Translations under genes and position numbers: made by a program
Notes under the pieces: generated by a model
Databases searched by the model: none
What the model was told of the DNA's origin: nothing
Seen by the model: the letters and a program-made list of their open reading frames with translations, nothing else
Part shown: piece by piece, positions 22,581-35,215 of the stretch
Layout: each line of letters starts with the position of its first letter
Position numbering within the stretch: position 1 is the stretch's first letter
From: Macrostomum lignano
Lineage: Eukaryota
Direction: 5' to 3'
DNA: 64,000 nucleotides
NCBI GenBank assembly: GCA_002269645.1
Contig: NIVC01004001.1
Span: forward strand, 1-64,000

Positions 22581-24157
22581 CGAAAGTATACCCTATCTCC
22601 CCCCCCCCTATCTCAATGCAAGAGGGGGGGCAGTAGTTGCCCCTTCTGAATCATTGTTCAAAGCTTTGATTTTTACTTCTTTTTGTCTTAAATTCAACAA
22701 AATGTGAACGACAAATATTTAAATTTGTGGCCCGCGAGCCGGAGTTCCCTGCTGCACATCCTGCAGGTCAAAGAGCGTCATAAAAAACTCAGACAACGCA
22801 GCAGCCTCTGCCTTCGGCAGATTTCCTCTGGCAAAAAGAAAAGGGCATAGACCCAGCAGCGAGTCTTGGGAGACGGCTGCATAGACGGAGAAGGGAAGGT
22901 GTGGCATTGTTTGCACCTTGGCAGCTCAATTTATTATATAACAATTGTGGCAAACCGAATTGCGAATTGTATAGGCTCGGGATTAGGGGAGCGATTTTAT
23001 TAAAGCAAAACGAAAATAACAAATACAAAAGATATTCAGGAGCAACAGAAAATAATGAAGAGAAAACGGAAAAATATGAGTTGTCAAAAATATGCGGTGA
23101 TGATGTGAAATTGCAAAACTTGCCACTGGAGTTCGTTGAGTTTCTAGGAAAATGCGAGTCAGCCCTGTCTTAGCCTGCCTGCAAATCAGGACTCCAATAG
23201 TTACAGAGGCCGGGCCTCAATCGCTTACATGTGCCAGCTAGCTGGTGGGCAGGGGCGAGTATTCATTTTACGGATCAAGGTGGAAGACCTGCGCAAATCA
23301 AACAATATAAAAGCAATTAATAATCAATAATCGGAAGAGAAGTCAGGCAAAACCACAGATACTAAAATAACTTGATGGGCCACTCAGGCATATATACTTA
23401 GTAAAACAGCTTTCTACTTTCAGTTCAGTAGCAAAGAAGAATACATAAGCTATATTATTAAAATAAAGGCAGCTGAAATTACTTTGATAAGTTGCCCAAG
23501 CTTGCTAATTGGTTCAGCCATAATGTACATTGGTCAATCCACTGAAATGTACATGGCAGCTTTAGGCTGGAATTCCGAAGGCAATAAAAACTGGGTGGCG
23601 GCCGGGTAGAGGTTCTATTTAGAGTTGGAGGGTTTAAGCCTTGTCTTTAAAAAATACATTAAAATGCTTCAGTTTAACTTACTACTGAACTGAAAGTAGC
23701 TTACACGCAAATGTGCTGAGTGGCCCATTTAGTTATTCTGGTATCTGTGGGCAAAACCGAAGCAAAAACATCAAGAGAAGTGCGGGATGCTCTGCTATTA
23801 CAGTATGATATTGCAAAAAGGCGGGGAGGAGCCTGGACATTCGCAGCGATGGCGCTGGTTGATAGGCATAGATATGTAAATCTCGTACAATTGGTTGAAA
23901 AAATAATGAAATATAAATCCAACAGCCTAAATATTAATAAATTTATGATAGAAATTTCTGTTTAAAAAATTGTAAATCTCGCAGCGCGCGGTTAGCAGAA
24001 AAAAGCACAACTGAAAAAAAGCCCAGCTGTATGGGAAATGAATGCCACTGATATCAATAATAGATGTATAAATATAGAGTGATGCAATGCAAATACGAGG
24101 CCGCGCAGCGAGAGCGCTACAGAAGCCAAGGAATATTAAAAGCAAAAGAAAACTTGT

Positions 24158-27100
24158 TCAGTGGTCGGTGCAGTAGCCGGACTCCGTGCTGTGCTGCGAC
24201 CCCTGCCGCAGCGGCGTCTCCGTCACCATGGTGGCGCCGCTGCCGTGACAGGCCGCTGTACAGCTGTGCGCTGATTGGATGAGCGACAGCCAATGGGAGC
24301 GCTCGGCCGCGTTCTGCCCGAAAGACAGGCAGAGGCTGACAGCGGCCGTAGCCGCCGGAGGCTGCGGTTTCCAGCGCTGGCTGCTCGTCTGGTGACGCTT
24401 GCTGCAAGACAGGAAATTTTTCGATACATATCGGTGGGGGTAAATTATGTTTTGACTATTTATAGTGGACTATTTTTACTTCGAACAGCTCGGGCAATAT
24501 CTGTTTAATTGACTACGCTAGTGCGCTATGCAGTAAAGTTCTCTTTTTCTATTACATATCGGGTGGTATTGCTTTACTCTGATTTTGTACACTTTCGATA
24601 CATATCGGGACTCTTCCTTTAAATTCATCTCGGCTCCTTCCTTAAATACTTCAAGGAGACATGTGTATATTAACTGATTCGGTCTATAGGAAACAAGTAT
24701 TTTTCGATACATATCGGTACACCGCGACTCGGAACCTACCCGACAATGCCCCAATTGTTAGACTTTGACGCCAGCTGAACTCCGCGGAGATTCAGCTGGG
24801 CTACGCCGCTGGTGGAGGCGGACAGGCCGCAGAGCAGCAGCAGCTGTCGGCAGCGCAGATTCTCGTGCCCCACGGCAGCGGAGGCGGTGGCGGCGTCGCC
24901 CCGACTGCTGGCGCCAGACGAGTGCGCCGACTCCTCCACCTTGGCAACAATCAGCAGGTCGGAGAAGAGCAGCAGCAGGGCTGGCCGGCGTTTCGGCATG
25001 ACCTGCACCAGGCCTGGCGCGGTCTTCTCCAGCACGCGAGTCTGGCGCTGAAGCAGCCACCGCCACGGCTCCAGCAGGCCGGCAGGCAGACAGGCTTCGC
25101 TCAGCAGGAGCTTCTTGGCCAGACAGCGCCTGTCCTGCTCCCGCATGGCGCAGTCGATGGCGGTCAGCCGGGCCTGCACGATGTCGAAGGCCTGCCGAAC
25201 TCTGCTAGCCTCGGCGTCATTGTCCAGCGAGCTGAGGTAGCCGGCCAAGCGGCTCAGGATCAGCGGGTACCTGCGGCGGCGTGGGCGGGGATTTGGGAAG
25301 GCGGAGCTTAACTTGGGATTAAATATTGGAATTGAGGATCCCAGATTCAATCACAGATCAGATAAGTGGGATCAAATATTGGGATTGAGGATTCCAGATT
25401 CACAGATCAGATAAGTGGGATCAAATATTGGGATTGATCACAGATTCACAGATCAGAAAGAAAATTGGGATTAAATATTGGGAATCACAGACTCACAGAT
25501 CAGGCAATTGGGATCAAATATTAGAATAAAGAGTTCCCCGTGTGCTATAAATCCCACAGCTGTTTGATACGAACTAGGTTGAACCCAAGCGTAAACAAAT
25601 GCTGGGAAGCAGTGTTAAAAATATCCTGTCGGATAATTAGAATCGCAGATACTAAAGGAAGATTCTCGAATTTAATTTCCCCAAAAAATGAAAGCCTTCA
25701 AAGGTAGCAAAGGCTGAGGCTGGATCACGCAGCAGGCGCGTGCCGGCCTCCTTCACAGAGAAGTGCAGCCACAAGAACCGCGCCAATTAATTGAGCACAC
25801 ACTTGAGCAGCAGTAAACTTCAGGCACAATGTCCCCAGTGCACTACTTACATGCAGCTAGTGAGGGCATGCGGCGGGAAAATCGCTACTGGTTTAAAATA
25901 TAATCAGCAAAGATATCGATAAGCATAATATGGATAGTATAGATTCAGGGACTGGGATCATTGAATTCGGGACTGGATCATTGGATTCGGAACTGGGATC
26001 ATTGGATTCAGGGACTGGGATCATTGAATTCGGGACTGGATCATTGGATTCGGAACTGGGATCATTGGATTCAGGGACTGGGATCATTGAATTCGGGACT
26101 GGATCATTGGATTCGGAACTGGGATCATTGGATTCGGGACTGGATCATTGGATTCGGAACTGGGATCATTGGATTCAGGGACTGGGATCATTGGATTCGG
26201 GACTGGATCATTGGATTCGGAACTGGGATCATTGGATTCAGGGACTGGGATCATTGAATTCGGGACTGGATCATTGGATTCGGAACTGGGATCATTGGAT
26301 TCGGGACTGGATCATTGGATTCGGAACTGGGATCATTGGATTCAGGGACTGGGATCATTGGATTTGGGACTGGATCATTGGATTCGGAACTGGGATCATT
26401 GGATTCAGGGACTGGGATCATTGGATTCGGGACTGGATCATTGGATTCGGAACTGGGATCATTGGATTCGGGACTGGATCATTGGATTCGGAACTGGGAT
26501 CATTGGATTCAGGGACTGGGATCATTGGATTCGGGACTGGATCATTGGATTCGGAACTGGGATCATTGGATTCAGGGACTGGGATCATTGAATTCGGGAC
26601 TGGATCATTGGATTCGGAACTGGGATCATTGGATTCGGGACTGGATCATTGGATTCGGAACTGGGATCATTGGATTCAGGGACTGGGATCATTGGATTCG
26701 GGACTGGATCATTGGATTCGGAACTGGGATCATTGGATTCAGGGACTGGATCATTGGATTCGGGACTGGATCATTGGATTCGGAACTGGGATCATTGGTT
26801 TCAGGTACTGGGATCATTGGATTCGGGACTGGGATCATTGGATTCAGGGACTGGGATCATTGGATTCGGGACTGGATCATTGGATTCGGGACTGGATCAT
26901 TGGATTCGGAACTGGGATCATTGGATTCAGGTACTGGGATCATTGGATTCGGGACTGGATCATTGGATTCGGAACTGGGATCATTGGATTCAGGGACTGG
27001 GATCATTGGATTCGGAACTGGGATCATTGGATTCGGGACTGGATCATTTGATTCGGAACTGGGATCATTGGATTCAGGGACTGGGATTATTGGATTCGGA

Positions 27101-28659
27101 ACTGGGATCATTGGATTCAGGGACTGGGATCATTGGATTCAGGGACTGGGATCATTGGATTCAGGACTGGGATCATTGGATTCGGGACTGGGATCATTGG
27201 ATTTAGGGACTGGATCATTGGATTTTGGATCCTATAAAAAGGCATTCCAAGCAGGCCAGTATAAATTCCCACCTGGCCATATGAGACTTCGGCTCGTGCA
27301 GGTGGCTCCACAAATCGAGGCCTTCCAACGAGCGCCGGACTGTCAGGCAGCGCTGAATGAAATCGCGAAACTTTGTCCGCCTACGCAGCCGATCGTAGGC
27401 CTGGCGCGACTGGTCCAGGTGAGTGCAGTAGGCCACCAGGCGGCCCAGCGAGCCGTCCTCGGCCGACTCCTCGGTGGCCCATTCAAGCAGAGCGGAGCCG
27501 CAGCCGCTGCGGGCGTTCAAACGAGAAGAAATCGGTTAGTTTGGATTTACCAATACACTGCTGTACATCGTGAACGGACCGCGAGCATGTAGGCTTGTGT
27601 CATCTCTTGTAGCAGCAGCGGGGTGGCCAAGAGGGGCTCTCCGCGTCTTGGGGAATGCCAGTTCATATAACAGGCCCCATTGCATTTGAAGGGGCGCCAT
27701 TGCATCTGAGGGGGTGCCATGGCATCTGAGGGGGTGCCATTGCATCTGAGGGGGCGCCATTGCATCTGAGGCAGCGCTAATGTATTTAATGGGGCGCCAT
27801 TGCATCTGTGCCAAATGGGACTCAGATTGTGGGAAATTCATTCGAAATAAAGTTCTGGCATTATGAATGTTCAAAGCGGCTCACCCAGCATCCCAACAAG
27901 CTTCATCATCATCGCAGCCGCCTCGGCCGCAGCGCATTCGCTGCAGGCACGGCCTCAGCCGGTTAACAAGCCGGGCGGGGCCGCGCCAAGCCAGGCTAGG
28001 CAGGGTGTGGAACATCTCGCGTACGTCCGCCTCCGGTATGCCAGAGGTCTGCAGCAGCGGCTCGTAGTACACCCGCAGTGCGCACTCCAGCCGCTGGTAG
28101 AAGCGGGACTCCAAGTCCAGCAGCTCCTGCAGGCAGGCGCGGACGTCCAGCTGCCGACGGCTCAAGCAACCGCCGGCTGGGGCGGCAGCGGCGGCGTCAG
28201 CCGAGTCCGCAGCGACTGCGCCGGCTCCTCCGACGCTGCCATCAACGCCAACGGCGGCTTCCGGCGGCGGGCTCTCGCAGACAACTGGCGCATTCCGGCG
28301 GCCAGGCAGCAGGCTGATCAGGGAGGCCAGCCGCGACAGTCCGCGGTGCCCGCCGCCGCCGCCGCCGCTGCCACCGACGCTGGCGCGATTTCTCCTTAGG
28401 CCGATAGCGGTGGCTGCCGAGGTGGCCGAAGTTGCCGTCGTGGCCATAGAGTGCACGCTGCGCCTGGAGGCCATGGAGTGCAGGGACCAGGCATCGGCAT
28501 CGGACTCGCTGCCGCTTGGCTGGCGATGAATGCGGGTCAGCTGCGGGGCGGTGAAAGCTCTCATGTGAATCTCAGACGGTGATATAAGTGCGAACAGACA
28601 GGACAGCTTACCCTTTTGAATACCAGCAGGTCCTCGGGAAAATCGTCTTCATTGGACAT
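24158..28659 (-). CDS. DH-PH Rho guanine nucleotide exchange factor, 5 exons, ~570 aa: complement join(28612-28659, 27885-28540, 27273-27506, 24740-25270, 24158-24401)
   Basis: DH helices LQELLDLESRFYQRL...YYEPL, FRDFIQRC...GLDLWSHL.EP...AR|YPLILSRL; PH features LLLFSDLLIVAK and C-terminal helix AERSHWLSLIQSA. All four introns are GT-AG with matching phases (0,2,2,2); total 1713 nt; in-frame TAA lies upstream of the ATG. Confidence 0.85.
25935..27225. repeat. 20-22-bp minisatellite (ggactgggatcattggattc) with 63-bp higher-order period, inside RhoGEF intron 3
   Basis: About 60 units; degenerate related repeats at 25300-25520. Confidence 0.95.
27675..27810. repeat. 20-bp tandem repeat ggggcgccattgcatctgag inside RhoGEF intron 2
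   Basis: About 6 units. Confidence 0.85.
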
Positions 28660-30967
28660 TGCAATTGCTGGCTGAAGGCTGTGTTTTTAAGGACCCTGCA
28701 AAAAAGCAATTGAAAATGTTTTACAGTCTAGGCTTTTTTTAATCTTTATACGTCATTTGTTAAGTAAAAAATGAGAAAAAGCGAAGGTGCAGAGAGAGCT
28801 ACTGTAAGTATATATATTTCAATATAAAAAGTAGAAAGTTGGGGATGACTTCTCCCAAAGCCTACAATTTCAAGATGAGTCTACTTTATAAATAATAATA
28901 ACCTATCAAATATAACTTCCCATTCTTTGCAGGGCTCTGAGTACCTTGGTGCAATGCCTTTTGGAATATTGCTCTATAACCAATATAGAAAAGTTTTGCT
29001 TATTCCACTGATTAATGAGCATATATACAATGCAAGCATATTTAAGATACTATAAGCAGGCATGTAGGATGCAAGAGTCAAAGCTAGCTATCTATAAGGA
29101 ATTATTTGTATCCAAGGATGCTTGCTATCTGGGGTCTTTGTTACTTGTACAGAGCAGAAATTCTATCCAGATATCCCCATTGGGGGCGAAGATTGTTAGT
29201 CATCAGTTATACTAAAAATGAAAATCTTATTATCAATCATCAAATATACAAAAAATGAAAATAGATTTCTGGATGCTGGCAAACAGCCTACCCTAGGCCT
29301 AGCTAGTCTTATTGACTAAAAACAGAAAAGCAAAATTGCTAATAAGATATGAGTAATAATAAACTAATTTGCAATTGCAAATAAAAATCTAGAATTTTCT
29401 TTAATTTATGAATTTAAAAGTTACAAAAATATATTACTAAGTAGGCTTAGACTTGTTTAAGTCCTTGTGTATAAAAAGTTCCAATTTTAATAAGATTATA
29501 ATCTTGGTCTCTTTATGGTTTTTAAAAATGCTACTTTTAAACTTTAACTTTATTTTTAATTTAGCTTTAAACTATTCATTTAGATGTGAGGGTTTAAGAA
29601 TAGAGAAATTTTCATAGGGTCAAAAGTGATTTCATATATCTATTCCTTAATAAAAGCATAGAGCCTATTGATTTTTAGATATATTAATAAGGGTATTAAA
29701 TATATTAATCGTTGCTTTGGAGACCACCTAGATATTAATATTAAAACCTATTATTAGGCCTAAGTTAATATATGCAATCACTATAAAAATATTTAAAATC
29801 ATATATAAGCCAAAACTATACCAAAACCAAAGCCCCAAAGGCAATTTTATTATTTTTTAATTTGTCTTAGATTAGATAGGCCCTACCTAATTAACCTCTA
29901 GCAAGTTTGATAAAATTAAGAAAATCAAAATGACAAAAATATTTTTTATTTTAATTTTAAGAAGTCTATATCCATTTGCTAAAACCAAGTGAGTATATTA
30001 TTAAAACACTCTTATACTGAATGCACTTTTATCAAACAATAAAAATCTTTTATAATAAACAAAAATTCATTTTGTTCCTAGTAGATCTAGACATAGTAGA
30101 TTAATAAAAACTTATAAAAACAAAAATAATACTTATAGAATTGTGAACAGACACTCTAGTGCAATACTCTTGATTAAAATGGCATAGCAGGCCCCTATCA
30201 TAGCTAGCAATATAGCAGTTTAAAATGGTCTTGAATTAATAATTGATACAATAAAATTGATATATATTTGGTTGATAATTTTATTAATGATTGTCACTGA
30301 CAGTGTCAGGCATCAGCATATATCAGCATACTCCTTGACTTTAGACTGTTGGGTTATGAGCAAATTACATGACAAATGGAAACCTCTATCTATTTTTGTG
30401 CACAAGAGCCAGATTAATATGGCCATGACAATATTTTGAATTTCAACACAATATAATAGTAAATGTATATTATTAAGCAGTAAATTTAACAGCTTCTACT
30501 ACTTTCTAGGCTTCTAGCATCTAGATTCATTCATGGTTCAAGAATTAAATTTGATTCATGATCGCCGCGATTCGCCAGATATTAAATACAAAGCATCGAC
30601 CACTCATAATCGAACATAATAATTACTTCATTCACTATAGATACCGTCTGGCAAGTATGAACCTTACCGAGCCGTTCTAGCCGGTCACAAACATCTAGCT
30701 CCGTCAGGCAAAGGGCACAAAAGCGCGGGTGCTAAGCAAGGACTTAAGGGATTAATTTCAAATTCGTGCACCTACTGTAAGTTCGCAGAATTCTATAACA
30801 AACTCTAGCGTAGTCCAAAAGCAATACTTTCTAATTGCTGCTGAAAAGGTGCCTTTTACTTTTTTGCTGAGAAAAGACCTAAAATTGCCTATTCTCATGT
30901 AGATAGAAAAAACTTTAGTGGCTTTATCGAGTGGTTTTAAACATCGGATTTTCTAAGAAATGATTTG

Positions 30968-33035
30968 ATGTTTAACCAGGAAAAAAATTCTTGGATTCGA
31001 TTCGATAAGGAAATGCATTGTTCGATTCCTTTTTTCCACAAGGTTTATAAGAATCATGAAAAATATTATGTAAGTATATAACTCATGTTTGAGCAGCGTA
31101 AATATCAAGTAGCACCTTGAAAGGCTGGATTTAATGTGGTCCTTTTTATTTAATTTCTGAATTTACCTCATTTTTGCCAGAAGGTATCTAATAAAGTTAT
31201 CAGTTCAGGCAAAGGTCATAATTGTCATAATTAAAAAACCGATTAAACTACGACAGCCCAAATTATGAAAAAAACTAAAATGCTATCAATGTGATAGTGA
31301 ATCCACTTTGGCATGTGAAATAGTCATAAATTATTTTTTTATTTGAAATTAATGAGAAGGCATCGTAACTACAGCTTTATTTCTGACTCTCTGTACTTAG
31401 GAGTTCGTTATCAACATTCGCAACGAAGAGGGATGCTGCAAAATTATACACCGGCGCTACAATCAGTTTTTTAATTTTCAGGTAGCTATAGTTTGCATAT
31501 ATTTTTCTGTGTTCAATGTTTTGATATGTTTAACAAATACAGTGTAAATATAACTTAATTTTATAATTGCTCAATTTTTCAGCATCAAATAATGGAACTT
31601 TTCCCAAAAGAGGCTGGTTGTAAACACCCAGAGGAGCGATTGATCCCAGTGCTGCCAGGAAAAGTTTTAATTCGTACAAAAAAGGAGCGTGAGGTAGCAG
31701 CTAAAAGGCGACCATTACTGGAGGAATACTGCAATGTAAGTATGGCTAATACTGCACTTGGCTAAAACTTTAGAAGTGCAATTTTACTAAGCTCAAACTT
31801 TTTCCTCTCTTACCAGAGCATTTTTCAGCTACCAGATTTCATTCAGCGGCACCGACACGTCATTCAGTTCTTTTCCTGCTCCGAGGACGACGCTAGAAAA
31901 TCTTCTCAGAAAGAGTGAGCGTGCACTTTTATTTAGCAAGCTTTCTAGTATGAGAATCAGACGGTCTACTCTTGTCAAAAAGAAGCTGCCCCTTTCAGGC
32001 AAAACCATGCATGCTTGCCAACTTCAGGCGGCCGCAGGCAACTTCGGCAGACATTTCAACTCCGGCGGTGGCACCGCTCTATTTAGTGACTCGCGGCCAC
32101 TCCTGTCGCGACGCTCACGGTGTTGAATTCAGCGCTGAGGCCGGCGACGCGGCGTCGGTGCTGCGACGGGCCGACACCGGCTACTGGCTTGTGGAGGTCG
32201 GCGGCCGGATCGGCTGGTTCCCCGCGCAGTTCCTCACGCCAGCGACGCGAGCCGACTCGCCGAGCTCACCGTCCGAGCCGGTGTCGGACTCCACCGATGC
32301 GTTCGTCGTCTGTGTCAGCAACTGCGCAACGTCGGATTCGGAGCGGCTGACGCAGCCGGCGCTCGGCGATTTGGTGGTGGCCGAGTCGCGCTCGGAGTCC
32401 GGCTGGTGGACGGTGCGCTGGGGCCACCAGCGGCTAACTGTGGCGGCCGTCGGCCTGCGCCCAGTTGCCGAGCAGCTGCTGGACCGCGGTCTCCTTGGTG
32501 GACAGCTTCGTCCCGCTGATCGAGCTGCGGTGGCGCCTCCTCCGAGACCGCCCCCACCGCCGGCAAAGCCGACGCTTCCGACGCCACCGCCGCCGCCACC
32601 GCCGCCACCGCCTCCAGTAAAATCGCCTCATCCGCCACCGCCAATGCCGCCTCTTCCGATGCAGTTTCGAGAACAGACTGCAGTAACAGCGGTAAGAGCT
32701 CTTGGATACAACTGCTGTGCTTCTCAGAAGCTGCCGTTTCTGACGGTCAGTTATGACCATAGAGGGCCATACAACCGTCAGCTGCAGACATCTGACCTCC
32801 TCTCTCAAATCTGCTCCAGCCATCGCCATCGGCAGCTCCTCTGCCTCCGAAAGCGGCTCCCAGGTGGCCTGCCCGAGGCGATTCGGCGGCGTCGTCAGCT
32901 GCTCTGCCTCATCCGGCGACAGCGTCCGAGGCTGGACAGGCCGGTATAGCCAAGACAGGACAAGAAAGCCAGCAGCTTCATCGTCCGTCAGGCCGGGTCA
33001 AATCCATGGCAAGCAGATTTGAGGGGGTCATCTGA
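30968..33035 (+). CDS. PX-SH3-SH3-proline-rich scaffold of the Tks4/Tks5 (SH3PXD2) / p47phox (NCF1) NOX-organizer family, 6 exons, ~437 aa: join(30968-31069, 31401-31481, 31583-31735, 31817-31914, 32028-32691, 32820-33035)
   Basis: PX domain: KYY|EFVINI...IHRRYNQFFNFQ|HQIMELFPKEAG...ERLIPVLPGK...AAKRRPLLEEYC|SIFQLP...VIQFF, matching the Tks5/p47phox PX pattern. Then ADISTP linker, SH3 GYWLV...IGWFPAQFL, a second degenerate SH3 (SGWW) and poly-Pro. Phases consistent; total 1314 nt. Confidence 0.85.
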
Positions 33036-33109
33036 TTTGATTTCCTAAAGCAACTCTGCTGAATCAGAGGTGAAGGAGTGAACAAAATCGTATGTGAACT
33101 TGAGAGACC

Positions 33110-35215
33110 CCGTTTGCTAGCCAGATTTTTGTTCTATGGTGCAATGTCTGAATAACTCACTGGCTAGACAGCAACACATCCGGCTAGAAACACATCTGGC
33201 TAGTAACACATCCGGCTAGCAACACATCTGACTAGCAACACATCTGACTAGAAACACATCCGGCTATTAACACATCCGGCTAGTAACACATCCGGCTAGC
33301 AACACATCTGACTAGAAACACATCCGGCTAGTAACACATCCGGCTAGCAACACATCTGACTAGCAACATATCCGGCTAGCAACACATCTGACTAGCAACA
33401 CGTCTGACTAGAAACACATCCGGCTAGCAACACATCCGGCTAGCAACACATCCGGCTAGTAACACATCCGGCTAGCAACACATCTGACTAGAAACACATC
33501 CGGCTAGTAACACATCCGGCTAGCAACACATCTGACTAGAAACACATCCGGCTAGTAACACATCCGGCTAGCAACACATCTGACTAGAAACACATCCGGC
33601 TAGCAACACATCTGACTAAAAACACATCCGGCTAGTAACACATCCGGCTAGCAACACATCTGACTAGCAACACGTCTGACTAGAAACACATCCGGCTAGT
33701 AACACATCCGGCTAGCAACACATCTGACTAGAAACACATCTGACTAGAAACACATCCGGCTAGTAACACATCCGGCTAGCAACACATCTGACTAAAAACA
33801 CATCTGACTAGAAACACTAGAAACACATCCGGCTAGCAACACATCCGGCTAGCAACACATCCGGCTAGTAACACATCCGGCTAGCAACACATCTGACTAG
33901 AAACACATCCGGCTAGTAACACATCCGGCTAGCAACACATCTGACTAGAAACACATCCGGCTAGCAACACATCCGGCTAGCAACACATCTGACTAGAAAC
34001 ACATCCGGCTAGCAACACATCTGACTCACATCCGGCTAGTAACACATAGCACATCAGTAACACATCCGGCTAGCAACACATCTGACTAGCAACACATCTG
34101 ACTAGAAACACATCCGGCTAGCAACACATCTGGCTAGCAACACATCTGCTAGACACATCCGGCTAGCAACACATCCGGCTAGCAACACATCTGGCTAGCA
34201 ACACATCTGGCTAGATAGCAACACATCCGGCTAGCAACACATCCGGCTAGCAACAGCAACACATCTGACTAGAAACAATCCGGCTACACATCCGGCTAGC
34301 AACACATCTGGCTAGCAACACATCCGGCTAGCAACACATCCGGCTAGCAACACATCTGGCTAGCAACACATCTGGGCTAGAACACATCTGACTAGCCGGC
34401 TAGCAACACATCTGACTAGCAACACGTCTGACTAGAAACACATCCGGCTAGCAACACATCCTAGGCTAGCAATCACATCTAGCAACACATCTGCTAGCAA
34501 CACATCCGGCTAGCAACACATCCGGCTAGCAACACATCTGGCTAGCTAACACATCTGGCTAGCAAACATAGCAACACATCCGGCTAGCAACACATCTGAC
34601 TAGCAACACGTCTGACTAGAAACACATCCGGCTAGCAACACATCTGGCTAGCAACACATCCGGCTAGCAACACATCCGGCTAGCAACACATCTGGCTAGC
34701 AACACATCTGGCTAGATACACATCCGGCTAGCAACACATCTGGCTAGCAACACATCTGACTAGCAACATATCCGGCTAGCAACACATCTGACTAGCAACA
34801 CGTCTGACTAGAAACACATCCGGCTAGCAACACATCTGGCTAGCAACACATCCGGCTAGCAACACATCCGGCTAGCAACACATCTGGCTAGCAACACATC
34901 TGGCTAGATACACATCCGGCTAGCAACACATCCGGCTAGCAACACATCTGGCTAGCAACACATCCGGCTAGCAACACATCCGGCTAGCGACACATCTGGC
35001 TAGCAACACATCTGGCTAGAAACATATCCGGCTAGCAACACATCTGACTAGCAACACGTCTGACTAGAAACACATCCGGCTAGCAACACATCTGGCTAGA
35101 TACACATCCGGCTAGCAACACATCCGGCTAGCAACACATCTGGCTAGCAACACATCCGGCTAGCAACACATCCGGCTAGCAACACATCCGGCTAGCAACA
35201 CATCCGGCTAGCAGC
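33110..35215. repeat. 16-bp satellite aacacatccggctagc, ~130 units
   Basis: Read directly; an indel-rich stretch at ~33990-34600. Confidence 0.97.

Noticed and set aside
24160-24185. RhoGEF C-terminal ESGYCT as a beta-TrCP-like phosphodegron
   Set aside because: Non-canonical short motif with a high chance match rate; no conservation data.
25930-27592. 373-425 aa ORFs (GTGIIGF/DHWIR repeats)
   Set aside because: Stop-free frames of an intronic minisatellite on the antisense strand of the RhoGEF; no domain content.
32692-32819. 36-nt mini-intron plus 18-nt micro-exon (32728-32745) in the PX-SH3 gene
   Set aside because: In-frame and possible, but a single 128-nt intron explains the sequence more simply; needs RNA-seq.
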